Assembly: GCA_028712175.1 (NCBI GenBank)
Contig: JAQTQQ010000001.1
Span: 18,677-82,676 of the forward strand
Direction of reading: 5' to 3'
Source of the DNA: Candidatus Omnitrophota bacterium
GTDB lineage: Bacteria; Omnitrophota; Gorgyraeia; Gygaellales; Profunditerraquicolaceae
Length of the DNA stretch: 64,000 nt
This document shows positions 43,530 to 52,407 of this stretch, piece by piece. The first letter of the stretch is position 1, and each line of letters begins with the position of its first letter. The notes under the pieces were generated by a model. The model did not search any database. It saw nothing but the letters and a program-made list of their open reading frames with translations, and had not been told where the DNA came from. The position numbers were made by a program, and so were the translations under genes.

Positions 43530-43670
43530 TTTCTAATCTCCTTCTATTTATAATTATATAAGATCTTAAATCAGTAATAGACGTAAAGGGCCCCCAAAAC
43601 TGTTAACAAGAACTTAAAATCTTAAAACGACAACAGTTACGTAAATATACAGCGGTTAATAACCTGGGCA

Positions 43671-45017
43671 CTATTGTTTAATAACTTGAATAAGCTTTTC
43701 AATTTTATCCCGCAATTCAGGGTTATGATGAATTTCTTCCTTGAGTTTCTTGTATGAGTGCAAAACTGTTGTGTGGTCTTTACCGCCAAAAAGCTCGCCG
43801 ATTTCAGGCAAGGACAAATCCGTTAACTCCCTGCTTAAATACATGGCTATTTGTCTGGGCAGCACTACCTGTTTATTGCGGCGTTTAGTTTTAATTTCCT
43901 GTAATGAAATACCAAATTCTTCTACAACGCAACGCTGGATAAAATCTACCGTAATTAATTTAGCAGGCTCATTTAATAAATCCTTGAGCACTTCTTTAGC
44001 TAGCTGTAAGGTTACAGGAGCCTCTTCTAATAAAGAATAGGCAATTGTTCTAATGAGCGCACCTTCTAACTCCCGGATGTTGGTTTTGATCAGACCCGCA
44101 ATAAAAAATATGACGTCGGCGGGGACATTGACTGGCTCGCGCTCGATTTTTTTCTTTAATATCGCTATCCGGGTTTCCAGGTCCGGCGGCTGTATGTCTA
44201 TAGCAAGGCCCCATCCGAACCGTGAAACCAGGCGTTCCTGTAAATTGGTAATTTCTTTTGGCGGCCTGTCGGATGAGAAAACGATTTGTTTATGCGCATC
44301 GTATAAGGAGTTAAAAGTGTGGAAAAATTCTTCCTGAGTGGACTCTTTGCCTGCGATAAAATGAATATCATCAATAACCAAAACATCAAGGTTGCGATAT
44401 TTTTGGCGGAAGGCCGCAGTAGAACGGTGCACTATAGCATCAATTAATTCATTAGTAAACTTTTCGCTGGAAATGTAGCATATTTTAATTGCCGCGGCTG
44501 CATTGTTTTTTATCTGATGACATATAGCTTGGATTAGATGGGTTTTCCCCAAGCCCACCCCTCCATAGATAAAAAGTGGATTATAGGTTTTCGCCGGTGA
44601 ATTAGCTACTGCTAAAGAATACGCATGAGCATGCCGGTTAGACGGGCCAACTACGAAATTTTCAAATGTATAGCGGGAATTTAAGTTAACTGCGCCTTGC
44701 GCGCGGTTTGTATGGGCATCGGGCGCCTGCTGGGCGCTCAATGTTTCTTGTGTGTCAAGCTGCTCTTGGGCAACAACCAGTTTTACTAACAGGTTATCCA
44801 GACCTCGTTGTTTTAAAATCTCATGAATAATACCTAGGTAGTGTTTTTCAATCCAATCCTTAAAAAATTGATCCGGTGCCTGGAGATCTATATTCTGGGC
44901 GTCTTTAGCTGCAAATTTTAAAGGGGCAATCCAAGTCGCAAAAATTGTATCCCCCACCCTGCTTTTTAAATCAGCCTGCGCCTCTTCCCATTTTTTAGTT
45001 AGCTCGAGCATATCCAT
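43671..45017 (-). CDS. dnaA: Chromosomal replication initiator
   Basis: GGVGLGKTHL Walker A, IDDIHF, and a C-terminal HTH (DHTTVLHSYKK). Confidence 0.95.
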   Translation of the reverse strand: MDMLELTKKWEEAQADLKSRVGDTIFATWIAPLKFAAKDAQNIDLQAPDQFFKDWIEKHYLGIIHEILKQRGLDNLLVKLVVAQEQLDTQETLSAQQAPDAHTNRAQGAVNLNSRYTFENFVVGPSNRHAHAYSLAVANSPAKTYNPLFIYGGVGLGKTHLIQAICHQIKNNAAAAIKICYISSEKFTNELIDAIVHRSTAAFRQKYRNLDVLVIDDIHFIAGKESTQEEFFHTFNSLYDAHKQIVFSSDRPPKEITNLQERLVSRFGWGLAIDIQPPDLETRIAILKKKIEREPVNVPADVIFFIAGLIKTNIRELEGALIRTIAYSLLEEAPVTLQLAKEVLKDLLNEPAKLITVDFIQRCVVEEFGISLQEIKTKRRNKQVVLPRQIAMYLSRELTDLSLPEIGELFGGKDHTTVLHSYKKLKEEIHHNPELRDKIEKLIQVIKQ

Positions 45018-45270
45018 CTGCTTCTTCCGTCATTTGACCTATTAACAGTTTATACACAACTTGCATAAATCTGTGGATAAAAATTATTTCTCAAACTTCT
45101 TTGCATGAGGCTATTATAACAAAGCCTAAACTACTTGCAAGCAAAAAAGTTAAACGCCAGCTATTATACAATATTATACTGTGGCGTCAACAAAAAACTT
45201 GACCGCCCGATAAATGTGTGTTACAATTCACAAATCTTAGAAAATATTCACACCCATAAAAGGAGCAGCA
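45018..45270. promoter_or_regulatory. Putative oriC / dnaA-rpmH divergent control region with DnaA boxes
   Basis: A perfect TGTGGATAA (reverse complement of TTATCCACA) at 45072-45080 and a 1-mismatch TTATACACA at 45041-45049. The region is AT-rich and the gene-strand switch occurs exactly here. Confidence 0.4.
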
Positions 45271-45411
45271 ATGAAAAAAAATTTAAAGACACCCACAAAT
45301 ATCGTAGGTAAAAAGCGCCACGGTTTTCGTAGCAAGATGGCGACTAGATCCGGACGCAAGCTGTTAGCCCGTCGTCGGAGCAAAGGCAGAAAGAGGCTTT
45401 GCATTTGAAGC
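45271..45411 (+). CDS. rpmH: 50S ribosomal protein L34
   Basis: Translates to [45 protein letters not shown]. An RBS AGGAG lies 6 nt upstream. It is too short to appear in the ORF track. Confidence 0.85.
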
Positions 45412-45623
45412 TCACTGCGCCAGCGCTTTTTTTAATCAATATTTATCAAAAATTTATTAGGCAGCTATTGCCATCTTGTTGTCGTTTTGAACCCAGCTGT
45501 TCTGAATTTACGAAGCAGGCAATTTTAAAATACGGTTTAATGAAAGGAGTATGTAAGGGGCTAAGCAGGATATTCCGCTGCCATCCGTTTTCCGGAAGAT
45601 CCGGGTATGACCCCTTAATATAA
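45399..45623 (+). CDS. yidD: Membrane protein insertion efficiency factor
   Basis: [10 protein letters not shown]...[14 protein letters not shown] matches the YidD signature. It overlaps the end of rpmH, and no rnpA lies between them. Confidence 0.8.
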   Translation: MHLKLTAPALFLINIYQKFIRQLLPSCCRFEPSCSEFTKQAILKYGLMKGVCKGLSRIFRCHPFSGRSGYDPLI

Positions 45624-45628
45624 AATCT

Positions 45629-47158
45629 ATGGAAAAAAGACTAGTTCTTGCTATTGCTTTGTCTTTACTTGTTTTATTAACATGGTCAGCTTTCTCCCCA
45701 AAACCACAACCTATTGAAAATAAAGAAGTTGCGTATAGAGACTCTCAATTGTCGCCTTCTGTATCAAGTATAAACCAGGGTTCTGCCCCGGTGGTTTTAG
45801 TTGCCCCGGCGCCAGTTGATATCAAAGAGACTTTAAAATTTACTCAAGACACCCGAGAGATAATCTTTAATCCTGCTAAAGCAGAAATCCTCGAGGTGGT
45901 TTTTAAAGACAAACTTGAACATCGCCTGCCACTTAAGCACGGTTTACTTAGCGACGGGAACTTTTTATTCAAGCAGCGAAGCGTGACCAAGGATTCCATT
46001 TCTTTTGTCTATGAAGATCAGTCTAGGCGTATTATTAAGAGATTTAAAATACCTAACAATAGTTACGTCATAGAGTTAGAGATTCAGACCAAGAATCTGT
46101 CTTCAAAGCCTCTGACATTTACTCCGCAATTGATCTTAGGGACATTAGATTTATCTGCTAAAAACCCACACTCACGTTATCAGGATATATTCCTCGGTGG
46201 TAAAGAAAAAACAATGCATCTTGCAGCTGGGAAAGATTTCAACAGCCAGGATGTAAAATTCATTGGTCTGCGGGATCAGTATTTTTGTGCCATTCTCGAG
46301 CCTTCTAATATTACGCTCAATGCTTATATCAAAAAACTTCCAACACAAGAATCTGAGATTGGACTTTTTGCAAATGAAACTACTTTACAGCCTGGTATTC
46401 AGATTGGACATTTCTATAAAATTTATTTAGGTCCACAAGATTTAAAGATATTGAATAGTATTAAACCAGAATGGACAGCAATTGTACATTTTGGTACCTT
46501 TGATATCATTGCACAGGTGCTTTTACAGCTTCTCGGATTTTTCCACAGCTTAGTTCATAACTGGGGGTGGGCATTGATTATGCTTAGTTTGGCGGTTTAT
46601 TTTCTTCTTTTCCCGCTTTCTATTAAGCAAATGCGTTCAATGAAAGAGATGCAGGCTTTACAGCCGAAAATTGAGGCCCTGCGTAAAGAACTGAAAGATA
46701 ATCCGCAGAAATTAAACAAAGAGATAATGGGGCTCTATAAAGAACACAAAGTGAATCCGCTTGGTGGGTGTTTGCCGCTTTTATTGCAAATGCCTATTTT
46801 CTTCGCGCTTTACCAGGCCTTAATACGCTCAACAGTCTTAAGAGGAGCGCAATTTCTATGGATTCAAGATTTGTCTGCTCCAGACAAGTTGTTTGTTTTA
46901 AAACATTCATTACCTTTTTTGGGTAATCAGATCAATCTATTACCGATTCTAATGGCTATTGCTATGTTTGTCCAGCAGAAGATTTCTATGGGGAAGACAA
47001 CCGGAGATGCTGCCCAACAGCAGAAAATAATGTCCATTATTATGCCGGTTATGTTTGGAGTAATCTTTTACCAAATGCCATCTGGGTTAGTCTTATATTG
47101 GTTTGTAAATAGCATGTTGATGCTGTTGTATCAATTCCGTATTAATAGCCAGAAATGA
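45629..47158 (+). CDS. yidC: Membrane protein insertase YidC
   Basis: An N-terminal TM helix, a periplasmic domain, and the conserved C-terminal five-TM core (GGCLPLLLQMPIFFALY). Confidence 0.85.
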   Translation: MEKRLVLAIALSLLVLLTWSAFSPKPQPIENKEVAYRDSQLSPSVSSINQGSAPVVLVAPAPVDIKETLKFTQDTREIIFNPAKAEILEVVFKDKLEHRLPLKHGLLSDGNFLFKQRSVTKDSISFVYEDQSRRIIKRFKIPNNSYVIELEIQTKNLSSKPLTFTPQLILGTLDLSAKNPHSRYQDIFLGGKEKTMHLAAGKDFNSQDVKFIGLRDQYFCAILEPSNITLNAYIKKLPTQESEIGLFANETTLQPGIQIGHFYKIYLGPQDLKILNSIKPEWTAIVHFGTFDIIAQVLLQLLGFFHSLVHNWGWALIMLSLAVYFLLFPLSIKQMRSMKEMQALQPKIEALRKELKDNPQKLNKEIMGLYKEHKVNPLGGCLPLLLQMPIFFALYQALIRSTVLRGAQFLWIQDLSAPDKLFVLKHSLPFLGNQINLLPILMAIAMFVQQKISMGKTTGDAAQQQKIMSIIMPVMFGVIFYQMPSGLVLYWFVNSMLMLLYQFRINSQK

Positions 47159-47355
47159 AAAAAGTAAAATCCATAGAGGCCGAAGGTAAAACAGTAGAGG
47201 AAGCCATTGAAAAGGCGTTGTTAGAATTGAAGCTGCCTCGTAGCCGGGTTAAAATAGAGAGCTTGTCTGAAGAAAAAAAGGGACTTTTCGGTATGGCAGG
47301 AGCTAAGCCTGCAAAGGTACGCGTGAGCGAAATTCCGGTCAAAGAAAATACTTGA
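47155..47355 (+). CDS. Small Jag/KhpB N-terminal-domain-like protein
   Basis: A 66 aa protein immediately after yidC, which is the usual position of jag. Only the N-terminal domain is present. Confidence 0.35.
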   Translation: MKKVKSIEAEGKTVEEAIEKALLELKLPRSRVKIESLSEEKKGLFGMAGAKPAKVRVSEIPVKENT

Positions 47356-47380
47356 CAAGCAGTATAGTTTTGCGATAATT
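47352..47380 (+). promoter_or_regulatory. Sigma70-like promoter upstream of parAB
   Basis: TTGACA, then a 17 nt spacer, then ATAATT. Confidence 0.35.
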
Positions 47381-47435
47381 AATGTAGTTATAAGTGATGT
47401 TCCGTGAGGAACTATACGTAAGTATAACAATACCA

Positions 47436-48212
47436 ATGGGTAAGATAATTGCAATATGTAATCAAAAAGGTGGCGTAGGAAAAACAACCACTTCAATCAA
47501 CCTTGCCGCCTACCTAGCGATAGCGGGCAAAAAAATATTGCTTATTGATTTGGATCCCCAAGCTAATGCTACTAGCGGTATTGGAATCAATAAGCATGAT
47601 ATAAAGAAAAGTACTTATCATATCCTACTCGAAGAATTAAAATTCAGCGATATTCTCCAGAAGACCGCAATCGATAATCTTATACTTGCTCCATCTAATT
47701 TAGATTTGACTGGGGCAGAAGTGGAATTAGTAGGAGCATTGGGCCGGGAGTACAGACTGAAAAGAGCCCTGCAGTCGGAAAAGGACAATTATGATTTTAT
47801 AATCATTGATTCTCCGCCTTCGTTAGGGTTGCTCACAATTAATGGTTTATGCGCCGCTGATTCAGTGGTAATTCCGGTGCAATGCGAATATTATGCATTA
47901 GAAGGATTAACGCAACTACATAACACTATTAGACTTGTGAAAGAAAACCTTAATCCTTTATTAGCCATTGAAGGGGTGCTTTTGACTATGGCCGATTTTC
48001 GCACAAACCTTACTAAAGAAGTTATTCAGGAGGCACGCAATCATTTTCAAGATAAAGTTTATAATACCGTAATTCCAAGAAATATCCGTTTGACCGAAGC
48101 CCCTAGTTTTGGCAAACCCATAGCTTTGTATGACCGTAATTCGCTCGGTGCGCAAAAATATGAGGAGCTTAGCAGGGAGATATTAGGTTTACCTGTTTCA
48201 AGCCTTCCATAG
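47436..48212 (+). CDS. parA: Chromosome partitioning ATPase ParA/Soj
   Basis: KIIAICNQKGGVGKTTT deviant Walker A. The start was chosen at the internal Met after the promoter. Confidence 0.85.
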   Translation: MGKIIAICNQKGGVGKTTTSINLAAYLAIAGKKILLIDLDPQANATSGIGINKHDIKKSTYHILLEELKFSDILQKTAIDNLILAPSNLDLTGAEVELVGALGREYRLKRALQSEKDNYDFIIIDSPPSLGLLTINGLCAADSVVIPVQCEYYALEGLTQLHNTIRLVKENLNPLLAIEGVLLTMADFRTNLTKEVIQEARNHFQDKVYNTVIPRNIRLTEAPSFGKPIALYDRNSLGAQKYEELSREILGLPVSSLP

Positions 48213-48288
48213 CAGTAGCTTACAAACAGATTGCAGTTGGATTTATCGCAATGCAGGAAAAATTTAAAATTTCAAAAGGAGTAATTTA

Positions 48289-49170
48289 ATGGAAAGACGA
48301 GCTTTGGGAAAAGGATTAGGCGCATTGATTCCTGAAAAAACGGTAGATAGTGCGGTACATAAAGAAGAGATTGTTTATGTCCAGTCTGGACAAATAAAAC
48401 CAAATCCCTTTCAGCCGCGCGAGGATTTTGATCCACAAAGCATTGAGGAGTTGGCCCAATCAATTAAAGAAAAAGGAGTTATTCAGCCTCTCTTAGTTAG
48501 GCGCAGAGGGGATAACTACGAATTAATTGCCGGAGAAAGAAGGCTGCGCGCCGCTACTTCTTTGGGGCTTAAAGAAATCCCAATTATAGTCCGCGAAGTA
48601 AGTGACCAGGATTCTTTAGAGTTAGCATTAATTGAAAATATCCAAAGAGAAAGTTTAAACCCCATTGAGGAAGCGCATGCTTATCAACACCTGATGGACA
48701 AATTTAAAATTACTCAGGAGAAAATTTCCGAAGTCGTAGGAAAGGCTAGGGTAACTATTACCAATACTTTGCGCCTACTGAAGCTTCCTCATGAGATTCA
48801 GGAAGAGATGAAAAAGGGGCGGATTAGTTTTGCGCACGGCCGCGCCCTGCTTGAGATCGACGATGCCAATCACCAGCGCAGGCTAGTGCAGGATATTATT
48901 TCCAAAGGGTTGTCCGTGAAGGAGCTGGAGAGTTTGATAAAAACAAGCCGCCCGAAATCAATAAAAAGAAGCATTGGCCACCTCCAGCGTGAACCTATTG
49001 TCGCAATCCTCGAAGAACAGCTGCAGCATGCTTTAGCCACCAAGGTCCGAATTAGTAAGAGAAAAAAACGCGGGCACATTAATATAGAGTTTTATTCATC
49101 TGAAGACCTGCAGCGTATAACTAACATTATAAAATCCGGGTTACCTATAAGCAGGGAGGAAAATAAATAA
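48289..49170 (+). CDS. parB: Chromosome partitioning protein ParB/Spo0J
   Basis: A GERRLRAA ParB box and an HTH. Confidence 0.85.
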   Translation: MERRALGKGLGALIPEKTVDSAVHKEEIVYVQSGQIKPNPFQPREDFDPQSIEELAQSIKEKGVIQPLLVRRRGDNYELIAGERRLRAATSLGLKEIPIIVREVSDQDSLELALIENIQRESLNPIEEAHAYQHLMDKFKITQEKISEVVGKARVTITNTLRLLKLPHEIQEEMKKGRISFAHGRALLEIDDANHQRRLVQDIISKGLSVKELESLIKTSRPKSIKRSIGHLQREPIVAILEEQLQHALATKVRISKRKKRGHINIEFYSSEDLQRITNIIKSGLPISREENK

Positions 49171-49673
49171 TGGACCAGGCAGTTTTAATTTTAATTAAAC
49201 CAGATGGGCTGAAAAAGTCCTTAACCGGTAACATCCTTACGCGTTTGTCTGAGACAAAGCTTGAAATTGTTGCCGCTAAAATGGTACGCGTAACCAAAGA
49301 ATTGGCAGAGGAGCATTATAAACACCTGAAGGACAAACCGTTTTTTAATGATATTATTCAATATTTGCAAGGGCAGCTGCACGACCGTAAAAAAGTTATG
49401 GCACTGATATACTGGGGTCAGGATGCGATAAAAAAATGCCGTGATTTAGCAGGCGCGACCAACCCCGAAGAGGCGGAATCAACTTCTATCCGAGGTTCTT
49501 ACGGCAGGATTACAACCAGCGGTGTTTATGAAAATGTAATTCATGTTTCATCCAATGATTCAGAGGCAGAAAGAGAGATTAAGCTGTGGTTTGCTCCGGA
49601 TGAAACCATCGTTGATTTATACGCTACAAAAAGCATAGTGCAGCAGGAAGTAAAAAGTAAAGTTTGGGCATAA
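49170..49673 (+). CDS. ndk: Nucleoside diphosphate kinase
   Basis: ILIKPDG, IVAAKM, PFF, GATNP, IRGSYG, NVIHVSSN (active-site His). Confidence 0.75.
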   Translation: MDQAVLILIKPDGLKKSLTGNILTRLSETKLEIVAAKMVRVTKELAEEHYKHLKDKPFFNDIIQYLQGQLHDRKKVMALIYWGQDAIKKCRDLAGATNPEEAESTSIRGSYGRITTSGVYENVIHVSSNDSEAEREIKLWFAPDETIVDLYATKSIVQQEVKSKVWA

Positions 49674-49689
49674 AAGAAAGGTAAGTAGA

Positions 49690-50517
49690 ATGATTAGCAG
49701 CATGACAGGTTTTGGCAGCGATGAAGCAGAGATTGATTCTGTTGGAAGAATTGGCGTAGAATTGCGGTGTACCAATCATAAATTTACAGAAACCGTTTTT
49801 CATTTACCCGAAGGAATGATCTCTTTGGAGGATAAATTAAAAAAAGAGATCGAAAGCAGAATTAAAAGAGGAAGAGTGTACTGTGCGATAAACATTAAAG
49901 GACAGATGGCGCAAGGGATATTTGTCAACCGACGGCTCCTCAAAAGTTATTTGCATGAGTTAAACGCTATCAAGAGAGAGTTTAAGATTAATGACGGGTT
50001 GAACCTGGATTCTCTAATCAGGCTTCCGGGAATTTTGGCATTAAAAGAAAACAGGCCTGCGGGAGCCCATATTTGGGAAAAGCTTAAGCCGATTTTCATG
50101 CATGCGCTTGCGAATTTATTAAAAGCCCGCCAGAAGGAAGGTATGGCGCTTGCAAAATTATTAAAGAGCAGGGGGGAATCGCTGAAAAAAGACCTAGTTT
50201 TCATTAAGCGGCGTTTTACTATAGCGGCAAGAATCAAAATTAATAAAATCCATACGGAGGAAGAACGGCTGTCCTTTTTAAAGGGTGCTGATATCGCAGA
50301 AGAGATCGATCGCCTGTGTTTCCACGTCAAGAATTTTCAACAAAAGCTTGTGCAAGGACAGGCTATCGGTAAGGAGCTGGATTTTATTACCCAGGAGATG
50401 CAGCGGGAAGCAAATACTCTGGCCGCCAAATCATTCGACCTGATTATTTCGGGCCGTGCTGTTGGGATGAAAAGCCAGATTGAGAAGATCCGCGAACAGG
50501 TACAGAATATTGAGTAG
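49690..50517 (+). CDS. yicC: YicC-family protein
   Basis: An MTGFG N-terminus and a DUF1732-like C-terminus (ISGRAVGMKSQIEKIREQVQNIE). Confidence 0.7.
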   Translation: MISSMTGFGSDEAEIDSVGRIGVELRCTNHKFTETVFHLPEGMISLEDKLKKEIESRIKRGRVYCAINIKGQMAQGIFVNRRLLKSYLHELNAIKREFKINDGLNLDSLIRLPGILALKENRPAGAHIWEKLKPIFMHALANLLKARQKEGMALAKLLKSRGESLKKDLVFIKRRFTIAARIKINKIHTEEERLSFLKGADIAEEIDRLCFHVKNFQQKLVQGQAIGKELDFITQEMQREANTLAAKSFDLIISGRAVGMKSQIEKIREQVQNIE

Positions 50518-51116
50518 TGAAAGCCAATAAAAGCCAAAAAAAGCTAGGGAAAATTTTTATCATTAGCGGGCCCTCGGGCTCCGGAAAAACCACCCTTCTG
50601 ACCGGTTTAATAAAAGACAAAAAAATTGGAAAGCTGCTTGTAAAATCTTGCTCTGTTACTACTCGTTCGCCTCGCACTGGGGAAAAGAACGCAAGGGAAT
50701 ATTTTTTTGTCGGTAAGGCAGGGTTTGATCGTTTGTTAAAAGCAAAAAAAATTCTTGAATGGACCAGGTATTTGGGATATTATTACGGAACGCCTAAGGG
50801 GCCTTTGGAAAGCCAGCTTGCCGCCGGCAAAAACGTAGGCTTGTGCCTGGATCTGAAAGGTGCAAGGACCCTTAAAAAATTATATCCTAATAATGCGGTA
50901 ACAGTTTTTGTCCTCCCTCCTTCGCTTGATGCGCTAAAGTCGAGGATAGTAAGCCGCTGCAGCCATGCTAACAAAAGCGAAACAGCTAGCAGAATACGTC
51001 TTGCGCGGAGGGAGATTTTGGCGGTCTCTCGGTTTGATTATTGTGTGTTAAACCAAAATTTGACTGTTGCGCTCGGAGAATTGAAAGAGATATTCTTGCG
51101 TGAAATTAATGCATAA
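50517..51116 (+). CDS. gmk: Guanylate kinase
   Basis: ISGPSGSGKTTL P-loop and YYGTPK. Confidence 0.85.
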   Translation: MKANKSQKKLGKIFIISGPSGSGKTTLLTGLIKDKKIGKLLVKSCSVTTRSPRTGEKNAREYFFVGKAGFDRLLKAKKILEWTRYLGYYYGTPKGPLESQLAAGKNVGLCLDLKGARTLKKLYPNNAVTVFVLPPSLDALKSRIVSRCSHANKSETASRIRLARREILAVSRFDYCVLNQNLTVALGELKEIFLREINA

Positions 51117-51139
51117 AACACTACTTTGGGGGTAAAAAG

Positions 51140-51349
51140 ATGGGGTATCAGGGCAGGGAAAAACTTTTAGATAAAAGCATGGGTTCAATTTATAAACTCG
51201 TAATTTTAGCTTCCAAAAGGGCGCTCGAGATTGCTGAAGGCCAGCCAAAATTAGTTGCGGATGACGCTTCAGTTAAGCCTTCTACCGTGGCTTTACATGA
51301 AATCGAAGCAAACAAAGTGGAAGCCAGGAAAAGCAAAGCCAAAGAGTGA
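51140..51349 (+). CDS. rpoZ: RNA polymerase omega subunit
   Basis: SIYKLVILASKRALEIAEG, in a gmk-rpoZ arrangement. Confidence 0.75.
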   Translation: MGYQGREKLLDKSMGSIYKLVILASKRALEIAEGQPKLVADDASVKPSTVALHEIEANKVEARKSKAKE

Positions 51350-51894
51350 TGGCAAAGAAAGAACAAAATATTATTTTAGGCGTAACTGCCAGCATTGCAA
51401 TTTATAAGGCATGCGAGATAATCCGCAGGCTTAGGGCTTGCGGATTATTGGTGCATGTAGTTATGACTAAAGAGGCCCAGGAGTTAATTAAGCCTGTTGT
51501 TTTTAGAAGCCTGAGCGGAAATAAGGTATATTTGGGGCAGATGTTTGAGGAGCAAGATAGCTGGGATATTAACCACATTGCTTTGGCTCGCAAAGCGGAT
51601 TTAATTTTAATTGCCCCGGCGACAGCTAATATAATCGCTAAGCTTGCCGCGGGGATCTGTGATGACCTTTTAAGTTGTACTGTTTGTGCTGCTGAATCCA
51701 AGGTGTTAATTGCACCGGCAATGAATGAAAATATGTATAATAATAAAATTACTCAAAGTAATATCGCGAAATTAAAATCCTGCGGGTATAAATTTATTGC
51801 TCCCGGCAAAGGTCTGCTAGCTTGCGGGATGGTGGGGACAGGTTGTTTGGCAGAGGTATCTGATATTGTAAAAGAAGTAAGAAAGATATTATAA
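51346..51894 (+). CDS. coaC: Phosphopantothenoylcysteine decarboxylase flavoprotein (CoaC domain only)
   Basis: ILGVTASIAIYKACEIIRRL and PAMNENMY. The 182 aa length leaves no room for a CoaB ligase domain. Confidence 0.75.
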   Translation: MMAKKEQNIILGVTASIAIYKACEIIRRLRACGLLVHVVMTKEAQELIKPVVFRSLSGNKVYLGQMFEEQDSWDINHIALARKADLILIAPATANIIAKLAAGICDDLLSCTVCAAESKVLIAPAMNENMYNNKITQSNIAKLKSCGYKFIAPGKGLLACGMVGTGCLAEVSDIVKEVRKIL

Positions 51895-51899
51895 TTTTT

Positions 51900-51971
51900 G
51901 GCGACGTAGCCAAGTGGTAAGGCAGTTGTCTGCAAAACAACTATTCAGCGGTTCAATTCCGCTCGTCGCCT
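51900..51971 (+). tRNA. tRNA-Cys (GCA)
   Basis: GGCGACG-TA-GCC-AAGTGGTAA-GGC-A-GTTGT-CTGCAAA-ACAAC-...-GCGG-TTCAATT-CCGC-TCGTCGCC-T. Confidence 0.8.
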
Positions 51972-52117
51972 TTATTTCAATTATAATTGGTCGATAGTCA
52001 ATGGACCGTGGCCAATAGACTTCAGACTATCGACCATAACAAAATGCATTAAATAAGAGATGGTTGTATCGACAATCGACTATAGTCTATAGACCAAGTG
52101 TTATTTTAATATAATAG

Positions 52118-52200
52118 GGGCAAGTGGTGGAATGGCATACACGACAGACTTAAAATCTGTTGGCCGCAAGGTCGTAAGGGTCCGACTCCCTTCTTGCCCA
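52118..52200 (+). tRNA. tRNA-Leu (TAA), class II with a long variable arm
   Basis: GGGCAAG-TG-GTGG-AATGGCATAC-ACGAC-AGA-CTTAAAA-TCT..., variable arm GGCCGCAAGGTCGTA, T-arm, and CTTGCCC-A. Confidence 0.75.
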
Positions 52201-52308
52201 TTATTTAGCTCGTAGCTCTTAGGGCATAGCTCTTGAGTAGTTTTGAACAGGCTGTCTAAAAGCTGCGAGCTAATAGCCAAGAACTAAAAGTGTTTGATAT
52301 CGGATATC

Positions 52309-52382
52309 GGGCTCATAGCTCAGTTGGTTAGAGCGTTGCGTTGACATCGCAAAGGTCAGTGGTTCAAGTCCACTTGGGCCCA
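52309..52382 (+). tRNA. tRNA-Val (GAC)
   Basis: GGGCTCA-TA-GCTC-AGTTGGTTA-GAGC-G-TTGCG-TTGACAT-CGCAA-AGGTC-AGTGG-TTCAAGT-CCACT-TGGGCCC-A. Confidence 0.75.
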
Positions 52383-52407
52383 TTTAATTCTTAGGGGAAA
52401 TTATTTA

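Noticed and set aside
43530-43670. dnaA-dnaN intergenic spacer as oriC
   Set aside because: It is AT-rich, but I could not find a convincing TTATCCACA-type box. The dnaA-rpmH spacer is the better origin candidate, though both may contribute.
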